DNA of 64,000 nucleotides from Leucoraja erinacea (GCF_028641065.1 NC_073378.1:14942001-15006000), one strand, 5' to 3'. Shown: positions 37,708 to 52,000, counted from the stretch's first letter. Notes: generated by a model from the sequence alone, not told the origin. Made by a program: numbers and translations.

Positions 37708-39945
37708 GTAAGTCAATATGTTGCATGATAATTGTTAAAAAGATTCACATTTTTGTAGCAAACGAAAAGAAACCCCAAGTGTTTCCACACAGTAAGTTAG
37801 CCTAGTTTATTTCTCTCAGTTCCCCCCCAAAATCTCCATAGCATGCCGGTGTCCGAAATCTGGTGGTGATTCTCTGTTGTGCTGTTGCTTGATTTGGCAG
37901 GTGGAGCCATGGTTAAAACCAAATTATGTGTGTTAATGCCAGGCAATGACATGCTGAGAATGGTAAATCTCCCTTGTGGAATGGTAACTATTTTAAATGG
38001 TTGGCAACACTGAGACACTGATTCATGATATTATAGTTTGGAGATTTTATCCAGCCATACAGAGATTTGGGACTGTTTTGTCATTTGTAATATGGAAGAC
38101 TGTTTTAAATGCACCCCTATCACACATGCATATTACAATCTCTGGTGTAATTCATGTTCTGCCAGATGGACTTCAGAGCTAGACAAATAGCAATTGGTCA
38201 TTTTTCAAGCACATAAGAACTTTTAACAGAAGTCGGATGGATTTCCAGGTCATTGGTGAGAATGTTCTTATGTGACTTGAAAAATTGATGTGATGTGTTC
38301 GGACTTGGGCAATCATGCTCTCAAATTTGCATTTTTAATCCATAAATTAAATCAGTGCTCCTTACTTTTGACTGTCTGTGGTAGATATTTTGGCCATTAC
38401 TGCAGAACTGAGCATGATTTGTAAATTCATCATTAGGTTTTCCACCAACTTGAATAGCTTTAATTTGTTTTAAAAAAATTGATTCAGCATTTGATTTGTG
38501 GAATTGGGCAACATGAACAAGAGGAAGTTTTTAACTGCATCCAAATGTTGTTCATTTGAACAAGATGTAACCTGGTTTTACTGGCAAGTTTTGTCTCTCA
38601 ACTGTGGTACCGCTTTCAGTTGCATTTGAACTTGAACTGAGACAAAAGAAAGAATGCATTGTGAATGGTACCAATTTTGAAAGGCTAAAAGTTTAAAAAT
38701 AATATAAACCAGGTGTTTGCAAGCAATCTGACATCTTGCAGTAATGAACCTTGTCTGTCGTGGCAACTTCTTGCAGACATTTCTCGTAATCAATTTATCC
38801 AATTAAATTGAGTACTTTAAACATGCCAAAGTTTAAATAATTAACAGATTTTGTCACGGTTTGTGTAAATCAAGCACTCTAACATTCTAGGTGTAAGCTG
38901 ATGATGAAGTAAAGGAATTCCACAGATCTAATCACATCCTTTTAGTTCAAGGCGGTTCAGGAAACACCACAGCAAATCATATGAGGTGTAATATTTTTCC
39001 TTGATGCTCGCACAGTGTCGAGGACATGAAGTATGAAGACATTAGAGTAGTCGTTCTGCTTTACCTGCAATCAGGAAATTAGAGACAAAATGTACTTGAA
39101 GTTGTGCTGGTTAGATTCCAGTAAATTTTGCAAATTAAAATCGTCTATGAGCCAAACCAAATGAAATATAATTATTTATTTTCTATTTTAATTAAAATTG
39201 ATTCATTGATATACTTTAGAGTGGTATCATTGCACATTTGAAAATTACTACTGAAAATTAATTCAGTACCAATAATAAGTATTTTGAGGATTTCTAGTCA
39301 TGGGTAAAGTCACAGAAATGTAATTCAAAAACTGCAGCAAATAGTTTAATATATTGTTTTGCTTGGAAAAGTTTAAAATATGGTTCTTAGATTCTGCATA
39401 CCTGAGGAAATTGGTGCATTTGAAACGAATCTCAAACTCGTGAAAAAAAATTGCAAAGGAAACTAAGATGTGAATGGTTTTGAAAGTAATAAGTTTGGTT
39501 TAAAACTGTCTTTTTTTTTTAATGTTAGTTTGGTTGATTTTGCCAAGATAATTAGAATGTAAATTAGCTGAAATCCTATCCCAATATTCCTGAAAGAAAA
39601 CTGAAGTTAGATGTCATATTAAGTAACCTTTATTTTGCATAGGAACATTTGTTTTGTGTGGTACAATGAATGCCTTGAGGTTTTAATGTGATAACATAAA
39701 GTTGAAAATAATTTGGTCATTTCAATAAAATACATGCAGATACATTCCTAAATGTGTTAAAATGACAAAGTACTTGAAAGATCCAGGATTTAGCTTCGAT
39801 GAAATATGTCACTTGCTTATCTTAAAATTATAGATCAAGGACTTGTCCTAATATAGGCGTGTGCCAATTTGTGTGTGGGTACATCCTTAATTCTTATGAG
39901 ACAAAATGTATTTTCTTCTTCCTCCTTTCTGTTGGCTGTTCTAAG

Positions 39946-39966
39946 ATGAGGAAACTATTGAGATTG
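39946..39966 (+). CDS. MPP7: Putative 21-nt alternative microexon, HOOK: (Y)EETIEI
   Basis: Long pyrimidine tract ttttcttcttcctcctttctg...ctaAG|atgaggaaactattgagattg|GTAGGT; phase 1-1, open in the MPP7 frame. Confidence 0.75.
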
Positions 39967-40070
39967 GTAGGTTGAGTTTTGTTTCTTTTTGAACAAAATT
40001 AGAGCAATTTGAACTTTTTCTTCCAACTATTTCAATTTTGTGCTTTCTCAATTTTTTTACTGCTTCGCAG

Positions 40071-40082
40071 AGGAAATTGAAG
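40071..40082 (+). CDS. MPP7: Putative 12-nt alternative microexon, HOOK: (E)EIE
   Basis: U-rich tract + TGCttcgcAG|aggaaattgaag|GTattt; phase 1-1; 104-nt intron after the 21-nt exon. Confidence 0.62.
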
Positions 40083-40175
40083 GTATTTGAACTTATATTT
40101 AACTACAGAACTAAATTGATTTGTAATATTAAAAAAAGTATAATGGTGAAGCTGCAAGAGCTATAATTCTATAAT

Positions 40176-40288
40176 TCTATAGTGTGTTGAGTCCTGTTTA
40201 TTTTTATTGTATGGCTGTATGGGAATTCATTTCACTGTGCCATCTGGCACATGTGACAATTAAATCTATCTTGAATCTTGAATCTTGA
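40176..40288 (+). mobile_element. 3'-end fragment of the 60085-60880 family
   Basis: Near-identical to reverse complement of ~60090-60200; (cttgaat)n tail. Confidence 0.8.
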
Positions 40289-41089
40289 GCAGTTTGTCAA
40301 TTGCATGTTGAATGTGTAGAGCACATGATTAAGTGCATGAATATGAGGTATTCTTCAATAACTTGGCTGCACTTAAGTTTTTTTCATTTTTCACTGGTCT
40401 ACTTTTGTAAAGCATATTAAAATTAAACAATTGAATAATATATAAATGAACATGATATTTTATATCACAGTTCCACCAACAGTAAAGATTTGTGGTGTGA
40501 ATCTCGTTTATTGTTTTTGCTGGTCTATTTTAGTAAATTAGATATGTAAGAGTATTTATGAAAGAGGATCAGTATAGGGCAAACTTTTGATATCAAGTAA
40601 TTTTCTATGATATGAATTGTAGATTTTTAAGCTTGTCTTGACAACTTGGCTTGACAGCAGATTTTCCCAAATGGTATGGTTCATCAAAATATAATTTGGA
40701 TCCCTCAGGCCAAGTTATTTGTTATAAATTCAGCAGAATTAGAATGCATTAACTAGAGTAAGAAGGAGAAAATAACACAATAGTGCAGCTTACTGAAAGG
40801 GAATATAAACAACTTTAAGTCTATGTTTGAATTCATGGTCTTCTCCATTTTGTGAAAAATATCTGGGGAAGTGCAATTTGTGTTTATATATGTTGCAATG
40901 GGTGATTGGCAGTAGCTTGGATGTCTAGAACTGTGATATTTCCCCTTTTATTGATACAATAGTAATAAAAAACAGGATTATCGACAGGCGGTTAAACTTT
41001 TTCTTCCTATAAAATCCAATAATATCGTGTTTGTTCAGTTTTTTTGCCTGTGCACTATAAAGTTTATCCGACACATCACAACCAATACT

Positions 41090-44000
41090 TAGTATGAATA
41101 CTCATATATGTATTACTTTATATGTAAGTCTGAAGAAAGGACTCGAAATACACATTGAATATAGACCTCCCGGTCTCTATGTGAATATAGTTAAATGTTT
41201 AAAAGAAAACTTATGTATAAAAGAAACAAAAAGATAAAAAGAAAAAAAAGAGAAAAAAGGAAAAAACAAAACCCCCCTAAACTAAAGAGGAAAAAAAGCA
41301 AAACAGAATCTGGGCTGCAAAGAATTTCAACAATTTAAATCCCTGTTTGTCGTCAAGTCCGTTCCACTGTATAAAGGTAAAATAATTATTATAACAGTTG
41401 GAGAGGGGACAATTTATGTTGTGTGAAAATGTTGAACAAATTTTCCCCAAGTCCTATCAAATTTAACCAAGGGTTCAACAACGTCACTCCTGATTTTTTC
41501 TAAATTTAAACATGATATTGTTTCAGAGTACCAATGGAGTGTGGTCGGAGGGTTAGAGTCTTTCCATTTAAATAAAATAGATCTTCTTGCAATTAATGTG
41601 GTAAAAGCAATCAGCCGATGGGCGGAACGGGACAGATGAATAGAATCTAACATTGGTAGCCCAAAAATTGCAGTAATAGGATGAGGTTGTAAATCAATAC
41701 CTAAAACTACAGAAATAGTATCAAAAATTAATTTCCAATATTTTTCCAAAAGTGGGCAGGACCAAAACATATGAGTCAGTGAGGCCACTTCAGAGTTACA
41801 TCTGTCACAGGTAGGATTTATATGACCATAAAAATGAGCTAACTTATCTTTTGACATATGAACCTTGAATTGTATCAAAGCGTATCTTGCACACATTGAG
41901 GAAGTATTAACTAATTGAAGAACCTCTCCCATTTCTCTATAGATAGAGAAATTTGAAATTTGTCTGAAATAAATACAAAAATGTAGGTGATAAACATTTG
42001 AATATTGATTCGGCCGATTAAAGATAAGGACATTGGTGAACATTTAGTAAACTGTTGTTTGATATGGTCAATTAGAGGCGTAAAATTAGCTTTAAATAAA
42101 TCCTTGTGTTTCTTGGTAATCTTAATACCTAAATAAGTAAAACATTCGGTAGTCAATCTAAATGGAAACTAGATTGTTTAATGGAAAAAGCTCACTCTTA
42201 CTAAGATTTAGTTTAGAAAAACTACTAAATTGATTAAGTCGTGCTACTATTGCCGGAATAGATTTCTCAGGATTAGAAATGAATAATAACAGATCATCTG
42301 CATAAAAAGATAGTTTATGTGTCTTATTCCCGCGGACAATACCAAAAATATTAGGGGATTCCCTAATAGCGGTGGCCAAAGGTTCCAAAGCGATATCAAA
42401 CAGTAAAGGACTTAAAGGACAGCCTTGTCTAGTACCTCGAAAGAGCCTGAGAAAAGGGATCACTGATTATTGGTAAGTACAGAAGCCTGAGGTATAGGAT
42501 ATATCAGCTTGATCCAATAAATAAATTTTGGACCAATCTTAAATGTTTCAAGTGTATTGAATAAGTATTCCCATACTACTCTATCAAACGCCTTCTCGGC
42601 ATCAAGTGAAATGACACATTCTGGAGTTATATTTGACGCGGTATATACGATATTCATTAATCTCCCAACGTTAAAGTATGAGTAACGATTTTTAATAAAA
42701 CCTGTCAAATCTTCAGAAATAATTTGCGGTAAAATATTTTCCAATCTCATAGCTAATATTTTGGAAAGAATTTTGGAATCTACATTTAACAGTGATATAG
42801 GTCTATATGATGTCACTACAGTAGGGTCTTTATCTTTTTTAAGAATTAAAGAAATAGATGTTTCATAAAAATATTGTGGTAATCTATTCATTAAAAAGGC
42901 TTCTTTAAAAACCTTGCATAGCCAGGGAGACAGTAAACTTGAGAAATACTTTAAAAATTATACTATAAACCCATCTAAACCGAGAGCTTTACCAGAATTC
43001 ATCGAAAGGATTGGTTTCTGTATTTCTTCCTCCGTGATGGGTTCGTCTAACAACAGAGACTCATTATGTACTAAATTTGGCAAGTTCAGTTTCTTTAAAA
43101 ACTGATGCATTATATTGGAATCAGTAAAAAGTTCTGATTGGTATTGGGAGGTATAAAATTCCTGAAAGGATTTATTAATTACATCATGGTCTACAGTCAG
43201 TGTACCATCCCGTTTACTCACTTTAGTAATCTGACGTTTGGCCGACACCACTTTTATCTGATTGGCCAGTAATTTACCAGATTTTGCGCCATGTATATAA
43301 AATTGACTTTTGGTTTTAAGTAGCTGATTCTCAATCGGTGATACTAATAACAAATCATGTCTCAATTGAAGTTCAACTCTATTCTTATAGAGCTCTAAAC
43401 TAGGAGCTTTTGAATATGTTTTATCAATTTCTTAAATCTCATCAGCCAATATACATATTTCATTTTGAGTTTGTTTTTTTAATCCCACGGAGTATGAAAT
43501 AATTTGTCCACGGATATATGCCTTAAAAGCATCCCAGACTACACCATTGGATATTTCTTCAGTAGAATTTGTTATGAAGAAAAAAGCAATCTGATCTTTA
43601 ATAAAATTAACAAAATTTAGATCTTGAAGCAAAGTAGTATTAAATCGCCATTGTTTAGCACTAAACTTGGAATCAGGTAGTTTGATTGATAGTTTCAATG
43701 GTGCATGATCAGAAATAGCAATTGATTCACACTCACATGCAGTGACCGATGAAACCAGCCGAGAATCTAGTATAAGAATCTATTATAAAGTAGTCAATCC
43801 AAGAGTAACTATGATATACATGAGAGAAAAAATTACATTCTTTGTCATTTGGGTGTGAGAATCTCCAGACTTCTAACATTCCAGAGTCAAGTAAAAAATA
43901 ATTGATAAAACTAGCTGAATTATTTGGAAGCACATTAATCAGAAGCAGATCTGTCCATCGAGGGGTTCAAACAACAGTTAAAGTCTCCACCCATTATTAA

Positions 44001-44460
44001 AAAGTGTTCATTTAAATTAGGAAAGGATGCAATTAACTGTTTAAAAAACTCAGGGTGATCAATATTTGGTGCATAAACATTCACCATAGCAACTTTTTGG
44101 TTATGAAGAACACCAATAATCACCAAAAAATCATTGATTGTCATCTTGCCTTACATGATATTCCTGAAAAAATATAATCTGAGCATTTAGTCTACGAAGA
44201 ACTTTAAAAAAAAAATTCCTCTTAATGGGATGGTTCAAACCATTCACATTCCATGAAAGGAAGTTAATAACGTTATCCATATTGTTTGTAAAAATTATCT
44301 GTAATGTAAAGGGTTAATTTCTTAAAGCATAATAGTTCAGGATACTGGAAGAAGAAAAATCTAGGGCATAGCCAGAAGTGACGACATTTCAGATTTTTGT
44401 AGTTCAGATTCTACACAGATGAAAAAAGCTAAGCTAAAAGCAAAAGGCTCCGCCCCACCC
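41090..44460 (-). mobile_element. Decayed L1-clade LINE: ORF2 (EN, RT, Cys-rich C-term) and spacer
   Basis: ORF2 start at 44280 MDNVINFLSWNVNGLNHPIKR; VNVYAPN, GDFN, SYRPISLLNVD, RGTRQGCPLSP, YADD, CDRC...HMFWSC. Confidence 0.93.
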
Positions 44461-44464
44461 ATGC

Positions 44465-45450
44465 AACTGAATTAGCGAATTGTTGGTTTGCCGGAAGGTC
44501 AAGAAGGAGATAATGTTATACAATATGCTTCTAAAATGATAAAGGAGACTTTCAACATCGAGTACTATGAAAATCTTCCATTTTTGGATAACGCACACAG
44601 AATTGGGAAGAAATCTGGTCCCAAGATAAACCGAGACATTTGATTGTTCGGTTTCACTTCTTGCAGATGAAGGAGAATATTCTCCAGGCAGCAAAAAAGT
44701 TGGGCATGGTTGAATATGAAGGATGCAAGTTTTTGGTTTGTTCCTGATTATAGTTACGAGCTTTTGGAATTAAGAAAGTCTTTCCATAATGTAATGTCTG
44801 AGTTGTTTAAGAAAAAGTTGCGCCCTGCCTTACTTTATCCAGCTAGACTGCGTAAACGACTCTTTAATGGTAACATTCGATTTACTAACAATACTCAAGA
44901 TGCTTCCAGCTTTCTGGAGGCTTATGAGGGTGAAGTTGCGACCGGGAGCAATAATAGCTGATTAATTTATAATTGGAGATTCACTGTTCCTATTTTGATA
45001 ATAAATCGTTTTGTAATGATTATGAATTGGATGAGTTGGGTTTTTTTATTTACTTTTTCGAATTTTAGTATGATGGTATCAAACAACAACTTTTACATTC
45101 TCTAAGATACTGTTAATTTAATGTAATGGTATATATATATTAATTTTTAAGATTTTCTTTGGTAGCCTTCCTATTTTTTTAAATTGAAGGAATTTTTTTT
45201 TACTTCCCGTCTTGAGACAAATTAAGTGAACGCAGTTCTTGTTTTTCATATTTTGACCTTGGATAAATAATATGAAGTAGCTCTTGTGTCCCACTGCTAA
45301 AATTGACTTTTTTAACCATAACATTAATTTTGTTTTGCCTATTGAGTGGCAAATATGCTTTCTTGTTACGTTGGTTGCTGTCGTTAGGAGAGATGGGGGT
45401 AGGGAAGGGATTAGGTAGCGTACTGACTGTCTACTGGTCAGTTTCGGGCT
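44465..45450 (+). mobile_element. L1 ORF1 3' half plus inter-ORF spacer, inverted relative to ORF2
   Basis: RIVGLPEG..E..AHRIG..PRHLIVRF..PDYS..LLYPARLR; stop at 44961. Confidence 0.85.
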
Positions 45451-45494
45451 TTGCAGGTTAAATTCCATCTGCCATTTCTCCTCCTGTATCGAGA

Positions 45495-46700
45495 TCCTTC
45501 ACTGTGAATCGTATGCAACTTCATCTTCTGGATCAGCCTATCATGAGGGACTTTGTCAAATGCCATACTAAAATACACGAAGGCATTAATCACCTTCATT
45601 GCCTCATCAAAAAACGTAATCAAGTTAGAAAGATGTGACCTGTTGTGGACATAATCAAGGTGACTGCCATTCTCTTCCAAATTGGAGCAGATCCTATTCC
45701 GAGGAATTCTCTCGAATAGCTTCCCGATCACTGATGTGAGGCTATCTGGCTCATAATTTTCTATTGTTATCTCTACTTCCCTTCTTATACAAAGAAACAA
45801 CAATGGCTGCTTTCCAATTCTCCAGGACATTGTTTGTGGCTAGAGAGGAATCAATGATCTTCGTCAAGTCCCATACAATCTCTTGTCTCGTCTCAATAAC
45901 CTGAGTTAAATACCACCAAGCCTTGGGAATTGATCCGCCTTAATGCTTTTCAAGAGACCCAACACCATCTCCTCCATGGTCTCAAACAGCCCGAGCATAT
46001 TAGTACACCACGGACTGATCTTGCTGTCCTCCATGTCCATCTCATTAGTGAATACCTATGCTAAGTACTCGTTTAGTACCTCACCTACATTCTGTGAATC
46101 CAAGTATAAATTTTTTTATTTTATCCTTGATCAGCCCTACATAGCCCTCTCGTTTTTAATGTACATATAAAAAGCCTTGGAATTTTCTTTATTCTGACAT
46201 GCTCTTGATGTTTCAAGGCCTCTTTTGTTCCTTCTAATTCCCTGGTTGAGTTATTTTCTGCTTGCTTTATATTCCCGGAAGGCTCTGTCTGGTTTCAGTT
46301 TTTTAAACTGTACACATGTTTCCTTTTTGACCAAATTTACAACCTCTTTGGTCACCCGAGATTCACTTACCTTGCCATCCTTGTCCCTCCTCCTTACTGG
46401 AACATGCCGGTCCTGAACTCTGATCAGCTGATCTTTCAATGACTCCCACATGTCTGGTGTGGACACGCCCAATATCAGCTGCTCCCAATTTATTCTCCCG
46501 AGTTCCTGCCTAATGATGTTGAGATCCACCTTACCCCAGTTTAGTACTTTCCCCCCAAGATCTAGACTTGTCCTTATTCATAACTATCTTAAAGCTTATG
46601 GAGTAGTGATCAATAATGATCACTGTTCAAAATGCTCTTCCACTGAACGACCAGACTCGTTTCCTACTACAAAGTCCAATATGGCTCTCCTCAAGTTCAT
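45495..46700 (-). mobile_element. Degenerate CR1-like fragment
   Basis: FSMAFDKVPHDRL (ORF 45438) and IRQELGRINWEQ (ORF 46251). Confidence 0.8.
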
Positions 46701-46854
46701 AAGATCATAAGGAATAGGAGTAGAATTAGGCCATTTGGTCCATCAAGTCTACTCTGCCGTTCAATCATTGCTGATCTATCTCTCCCTCCTAACCCCATTC
46801 TCCTGCCTCCTCCCCATAACCCCTGACACCTGTACTAAGTTGGACTATGCACAG

Positions 46855-47258
46855 AAGATAAACACAAAATGCTGAAGGAATAGGTGACGTTTCAGGTCAA
46901 GACCCTTCTCCAGTCTGGGAATCAGGGGAGGGGAAAACTAGAGGAAAGAAAGGTTCAGAACAAATCAGAGCCAGCACCGATGACCAAGGAAAGGTGTAAC
47001 TCACAATGATATGTTGGCTGATATGGGGAAGAGGTGATAATGAAGGGATATATGCATGCAAGCAGTGGAACTAGTAGGACCACTAGAGTGGAGGAGGGGC
47101 GCAGAGAAAGAGGGAATGCAAGGGTTACTTGAAATTAGAGAAATCATAATTCATATCGCTGGGTTGTAAGATGCCCAAGTAAAATATGAAGTGCAGTTCC
47201 TCCAATTTGTGTGTGGCCTCACTCTGACAATGGAGGAGGCCCAGGGCAGAAAGGCCCA
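46855..47258 (-). mobile_element. Penelope-derived element
   Basis: Complement of LGLLHCQSEATHKLEELHFIF; gtgacgtttcaggtcaagacccttctccag core. Confidence 0.75.
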
Positions 47259-47874
47259 AGAATATCCACATGCTGCTTTAAGAAATGAGTTTGGATATAC
47301 CTGACAAATTCAGCCTTGTCTAATACTTTTGTATTAAGCACGTCCCAGTCAATTGTTAAATAGTTAGCTAGCTGTGCTCAGTTCTGGCTGAAAATAATAG
47401 AAATGTGGATGTTTAGAGAGCAATGGTCACCATGAAACTAAAACAGATTAAAATAAAATGCTGGAGGAACTCTTCAGGATGGGCAGCAGCTGCGTCGGAA
47501 AATTGACAGATGAGGTTTTGGGTCGGGATCCTTCTTCATGACTTGGATCCACAGATGTTGCCTGACCTACTGAGTTCCTCCAGCAGTTTGTTTATTACTC
47601 AGACTCCCAGCATCTGCTGTTTCTTGTATCTCCAAACTTAAACTGATCTTTATCCTCCTCTTTTTCAATTGTTTATCTTCTTGCTCTTTTAAAGGTACAG
47701 TAATTTCTGTCTCTTTATTTCATATTTTATACAATTTGTGTTCTTTCTCGGTACCCTGTTATTTGTAATAAATAATTCATTACAAACTGCCCATCCAGGG
47801 AATAATTTTACTATTATTTTCAAACTCTTCATTTTTGAGACTTTTTTGGGAAGTATTTTGATGTTCTCTAGTAC

Positions 47875-48350
47875 AATTTACTAGAATGTTGCCTGGGTTT
47901 CAGCAACTAAGTTACAGAGAAAGGTTGAACAAGTTAGGGCTTTATTCTTTCGAGCGCAGAAGGTTAAGGGGGGACTTGATAGAGGTTTTTAAAATGATGA
48001 GAGGGATAGACAGAGTTGACGTGGAAAAGCTTTTCCCACTGAGAGTAGGGAAGATTCAAACAAGGGGACATGACATGAGAATTAAGGGACTGAAGTTTAG
48101 GGGTAACATGAGGGGGAATTTCTTTACTCAGAGAGTGGTAGCGCTGTGTGGAATGAGCTTCCAGTGAAGGTGGTGGAGGCAGGTTCGTTTTTATCATTTA
48201 AAAATAAATTGGATAGTTATATGGATGGGAAGGGAATGGAGGGTTATGGTCTGAGCGCAGGTATATGGGACTAGGGGAGATTATGTGTTCGGCACGGACT
48301 AGAAGGGTCGAGATGGCCTGTTTCCGTGCTGTAATTGTTATATGGTTATG
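47875..48350 (+). mobile_element. CR1-clade 3' fragment (second subfamily)
   Basis: LSYRERLNKLGLYSFERRRLRGDLIEVFK (ORF 47886). Confidence 0.9.
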
Positions 48351-49046
48351 ACATCCAGCTGAACCTCTCCAGTGAATCTGCTGTATCTTCTTTACACTTC
48401 AGTGCATGTGGGCAACCCAAAAACTACACAGTTATAATGGTTTCTTCTGTAAATGTTCATTGCTTTTTACTTTGCCACCCAGTGTTTCTGTTTGGGAAAT
48501 ACAACTTTTATCCACCTGCTGTCACACACGTGGGAATTTGTGTTTTAACCTGTTTTTATCTTTGCTCAGAAAGCTCCTTTGCCTTGTTTCTCCCTTCTAA
48601 AAATATGGCTAAAATAGTGAAGTTAAATCCATCACCAACTCTTTCCAATTCTTGTCATTGCCCATCTGTGGTTAACCGTATCCTTTCTTTTGATGCCGGG
48701 CTCATTTTAATTCAATTTGTGGAATCTGATCATTTCCCCACAGCTAATGTTTGAATCTCAATTGTATTGCTTAGAAAATTGTCAGAAATATTTTAAACAC
48801 AAGAGAACTCAGACATTTGTTTCCTTACATCCTATGGCATCAATTGTCACCTCATGCACCAAATTCCTGTGGATTATGAAAATATTGAGTCAGATTTTGA
48901 AACTGGCAATAAATCAGAGGACCAATCAATCATTACATTGACAAATGTGCATAAATCTTTCTTTGGCAATTAAAAATTCAAACCTCGCATTAATTAAGGG
49001 GGATATATTATGAGATTGAGCAGCATAAGCAGTAATCCGTTTCTTT

Positions 49047-52000
49047 AACATAGAAACATAGAAAATAGGTGCAGGAGTAGGCCATTCAGCCCTTCGAGCC
49101 TGCACCGCCATTCAATATGATCATGGCTGATCATCCAACTCAGTATCCCATACCTGCCTTCTCTCCATACCCCCTAATCCCCTTAGCCACAAGGGCCACA
49201 TCTAACTCCCTCTTAAATATAACCAATGAACTGGCCTCAACTGCCTTCTGAGGCAGAGAATTCCACAGATTCACCACTCCCTGTGTGAAAAATGTTTTTC
49301 TCATCTCGGTCCTAAAAGACTTCCCCCTTATCCTCAAACTGTGACCCCTTGTTCTGAACTTCCCCAACATCGGGAACAATCTTCCTGATTCTAGCCTGTC
49401 CAACCCCTTAAGAATTTTGTAAGTTTCTATAAGATCCCCCCTCAATCTTCTAAATTCTAGCGCGTACATGCCAAGTCTATCCAGTCTTTCCTCATATGAA
49501 AGTCCTAACATCCCAGAAATCAGTCTGGTGAACCTTCTCTGTACTCCCTCTATGGCAAAAATGTCTTTCCTCAGATTAGGAGACAAAAACTGTACGCAAT
49601 ACTCCAGGTGTACAACTGCAGAAGAACCTCCCTGCTCCTATACTCAAATCCTTTTGCTATGAATGCTAACATACCATTCGCTTCCTTCACTGCCTGTTGC
49701 ACCTGCATGCGTACTTTCAATTACTGGTGTATCATGACACCCAGTTCTCATTGCATCTCCCCTTTTCCTAATCGGCTACCATTCAAATAATAGTCTACTT
49801 TCCTGTATTTGCCACCAAAGTGTATAACCTCACATTTATCCACATTATACTGCATCTGCCATGCATTTGCCCACTCACCCAACCTATCCAAGTCACCTTG
49901 TAGCCTCCTAGCATCCTCCTCACAGCTAACACTGCCCCCCAGCTTCGTGTCATCCGCAAACTTGGAGATGTTGCATTCAATTCCCTCATCCAAATCATTA
50001 ATATATATTGTAAATAGCTGGGGTCCCAGCACCGAGCCTTCTGGTACCCCACTAGTCACTGCCTCCCATTCTGAAAAGGACCCGTTTACTCCTACTCGCT
50101 GCTTCCTGTCTGCCAGCCAGTGAAGAGAAAAAGATTAGTTAAAACAAATGTAGGTCCCTTGCAGTCAGATACAGATGAATTGATCATGGGGAACAAGGAC
50201 ATGGCAGACCAATTGAATAACTATTTTGGTTCTGTCTTCACTAAGGAAGACATAAATAATCTGCCGGAAATAGCAGGGGACCGGGGGTAAAATGAGATGG
50301 AGGAACTGAGTGAAATCCAGGTTATCCGGGAAGTGGTGTTAGGTAAATTGAATGGATTAAAGGCGGATAAATCCCCAGGGCCAGATAGGCTGCATCCCAG
50401 AGTACTTAAGGAAGTAGCCCCAGAAATAGTGGATGCATTAGTGATAATTTTTCAAAACTCTTTATTTCTGGAGTAGTTCCTGAGGATTGGAGGGTAGCTA
50501 ATGTAACCCCACTTTTTAAAAAGGGAGGGAGAGAGAAAACGGGAAATTACAGACCAGTTAGTTTAACGTCGGTAGTGGGGAAACTGCTAGAATCAGTTAT
50601 TAAAGATGGGATAGCAGAACATTTGGAAAGTGTTGAAATCATTGGACAAAGTCAACATGGATTTATGAAAGTTAAATCAGGTCTGACGAATCTTATAGAA
50701 TTATCCGAGGATGTAACTAGTAGAGTTGATTAGGGAGAACCAGTGGATGTGTTATATCTGGACTTTAAGAAGGCTTTCGACAAGGTCCCACATAAGAGAT
50801 TACTATACAAACTTAAAGCACACGGTATTGGGGGTTCAGTATTGATGTGGATAGAGAACTGGCTGGCAGACAGGAAGCAAAGAGTAGGAGTAAACGGGTC
50901 CTTTTCACAATGGCAGGCAGTGACTAGTGGGGTACCGCAAGGCTCAGTGCTGGGACCCCAGCTATTTGCAACATATATTGTGTATAATATAAGTACTGAG
51001 AAGGTTCACCAGACTGATTCCTGGGATGTCAGGATTTTCATATGAAGAAAGACTGGATAGACTCGGTTTGTACTCGTTAGAATTTAGAAGACTGAGGGGG
51101 GATCTTATAGAAACTTACAAAATTCTTAAGGGGTTGGACAGGCTAGATGCAGAAAGATTGTTCCCGAAGTTGTGGAAGTCCAGAACAAGGGGTCACAGTT
51201 TAAGGATAAGGGGGAAATCTTTTAGGACCGAGATGAGGAAAACATTTTTCACACAGAGAGTGGTGAATCTCTGGAATTCTCTGCCACAGAAGGTAGTTGA
51301 GGCTAGTTCATTGGCTATATTCAAGAGAGAGTTAGATGTGGCCCTTGTGGCTAAAGGGATCAGGGGGTATGGAGGGAAGGCAGGTACAGGATACTGAGTT
51401 GGATGATCAGCCATGATCATATTGAATGGCGGTGCAGGCTTGAAGGGCCGAATGGCCTACTCCTGCACCTATTTTCTATGTTTCTCTATCCACATCAATA
51501 CTGAACCCCCAATACCGTGTGCTTTAAGTTTGTATACTAATCTCTTATGTTGGACCTTGTTGAAAGCCTACTGAAAGTACAGATATAACACATCCACTGG
51601 TTCTCCCTTATCCGCTCTACTAGTTACATCCTCGAAAAATTCTATAAGATTCATCAGACATGATTTGCCTTTCATAAATCCATGCTGACTTTGTCCAATG
51701 ATTTCACCACTTTCCAAATGTGCTGCTATCCTATCTTTAATAACTGACTCCAGAATGTTCCCCACCACCGATGTTAGACTAAGTGGTCTGTAATTCCCCG
51801 TTTTCTCTCTCCCTTTTTAAAAAGTGGGGTTACATTAGCTACCCTCCCATCCTCAGGAACTACTCCAGAATCTAAAGAGTTTTGAAAAATTATCATTAAT
51901 GCATCCACTATTTCTGCAGCTACTTCCTTAACTACTCTGGGATGCAGCTGATCTGGCTCTGGGGATTCATCGGCCTTTTATCCATTCAATTTACCTAACA

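Noticed and set aside
38946-38985. Possible extra HOOK microexon
   Set aside because: 40 nt (not frame-preserving), weak donor gtgtaa, short pyrimidine tract.
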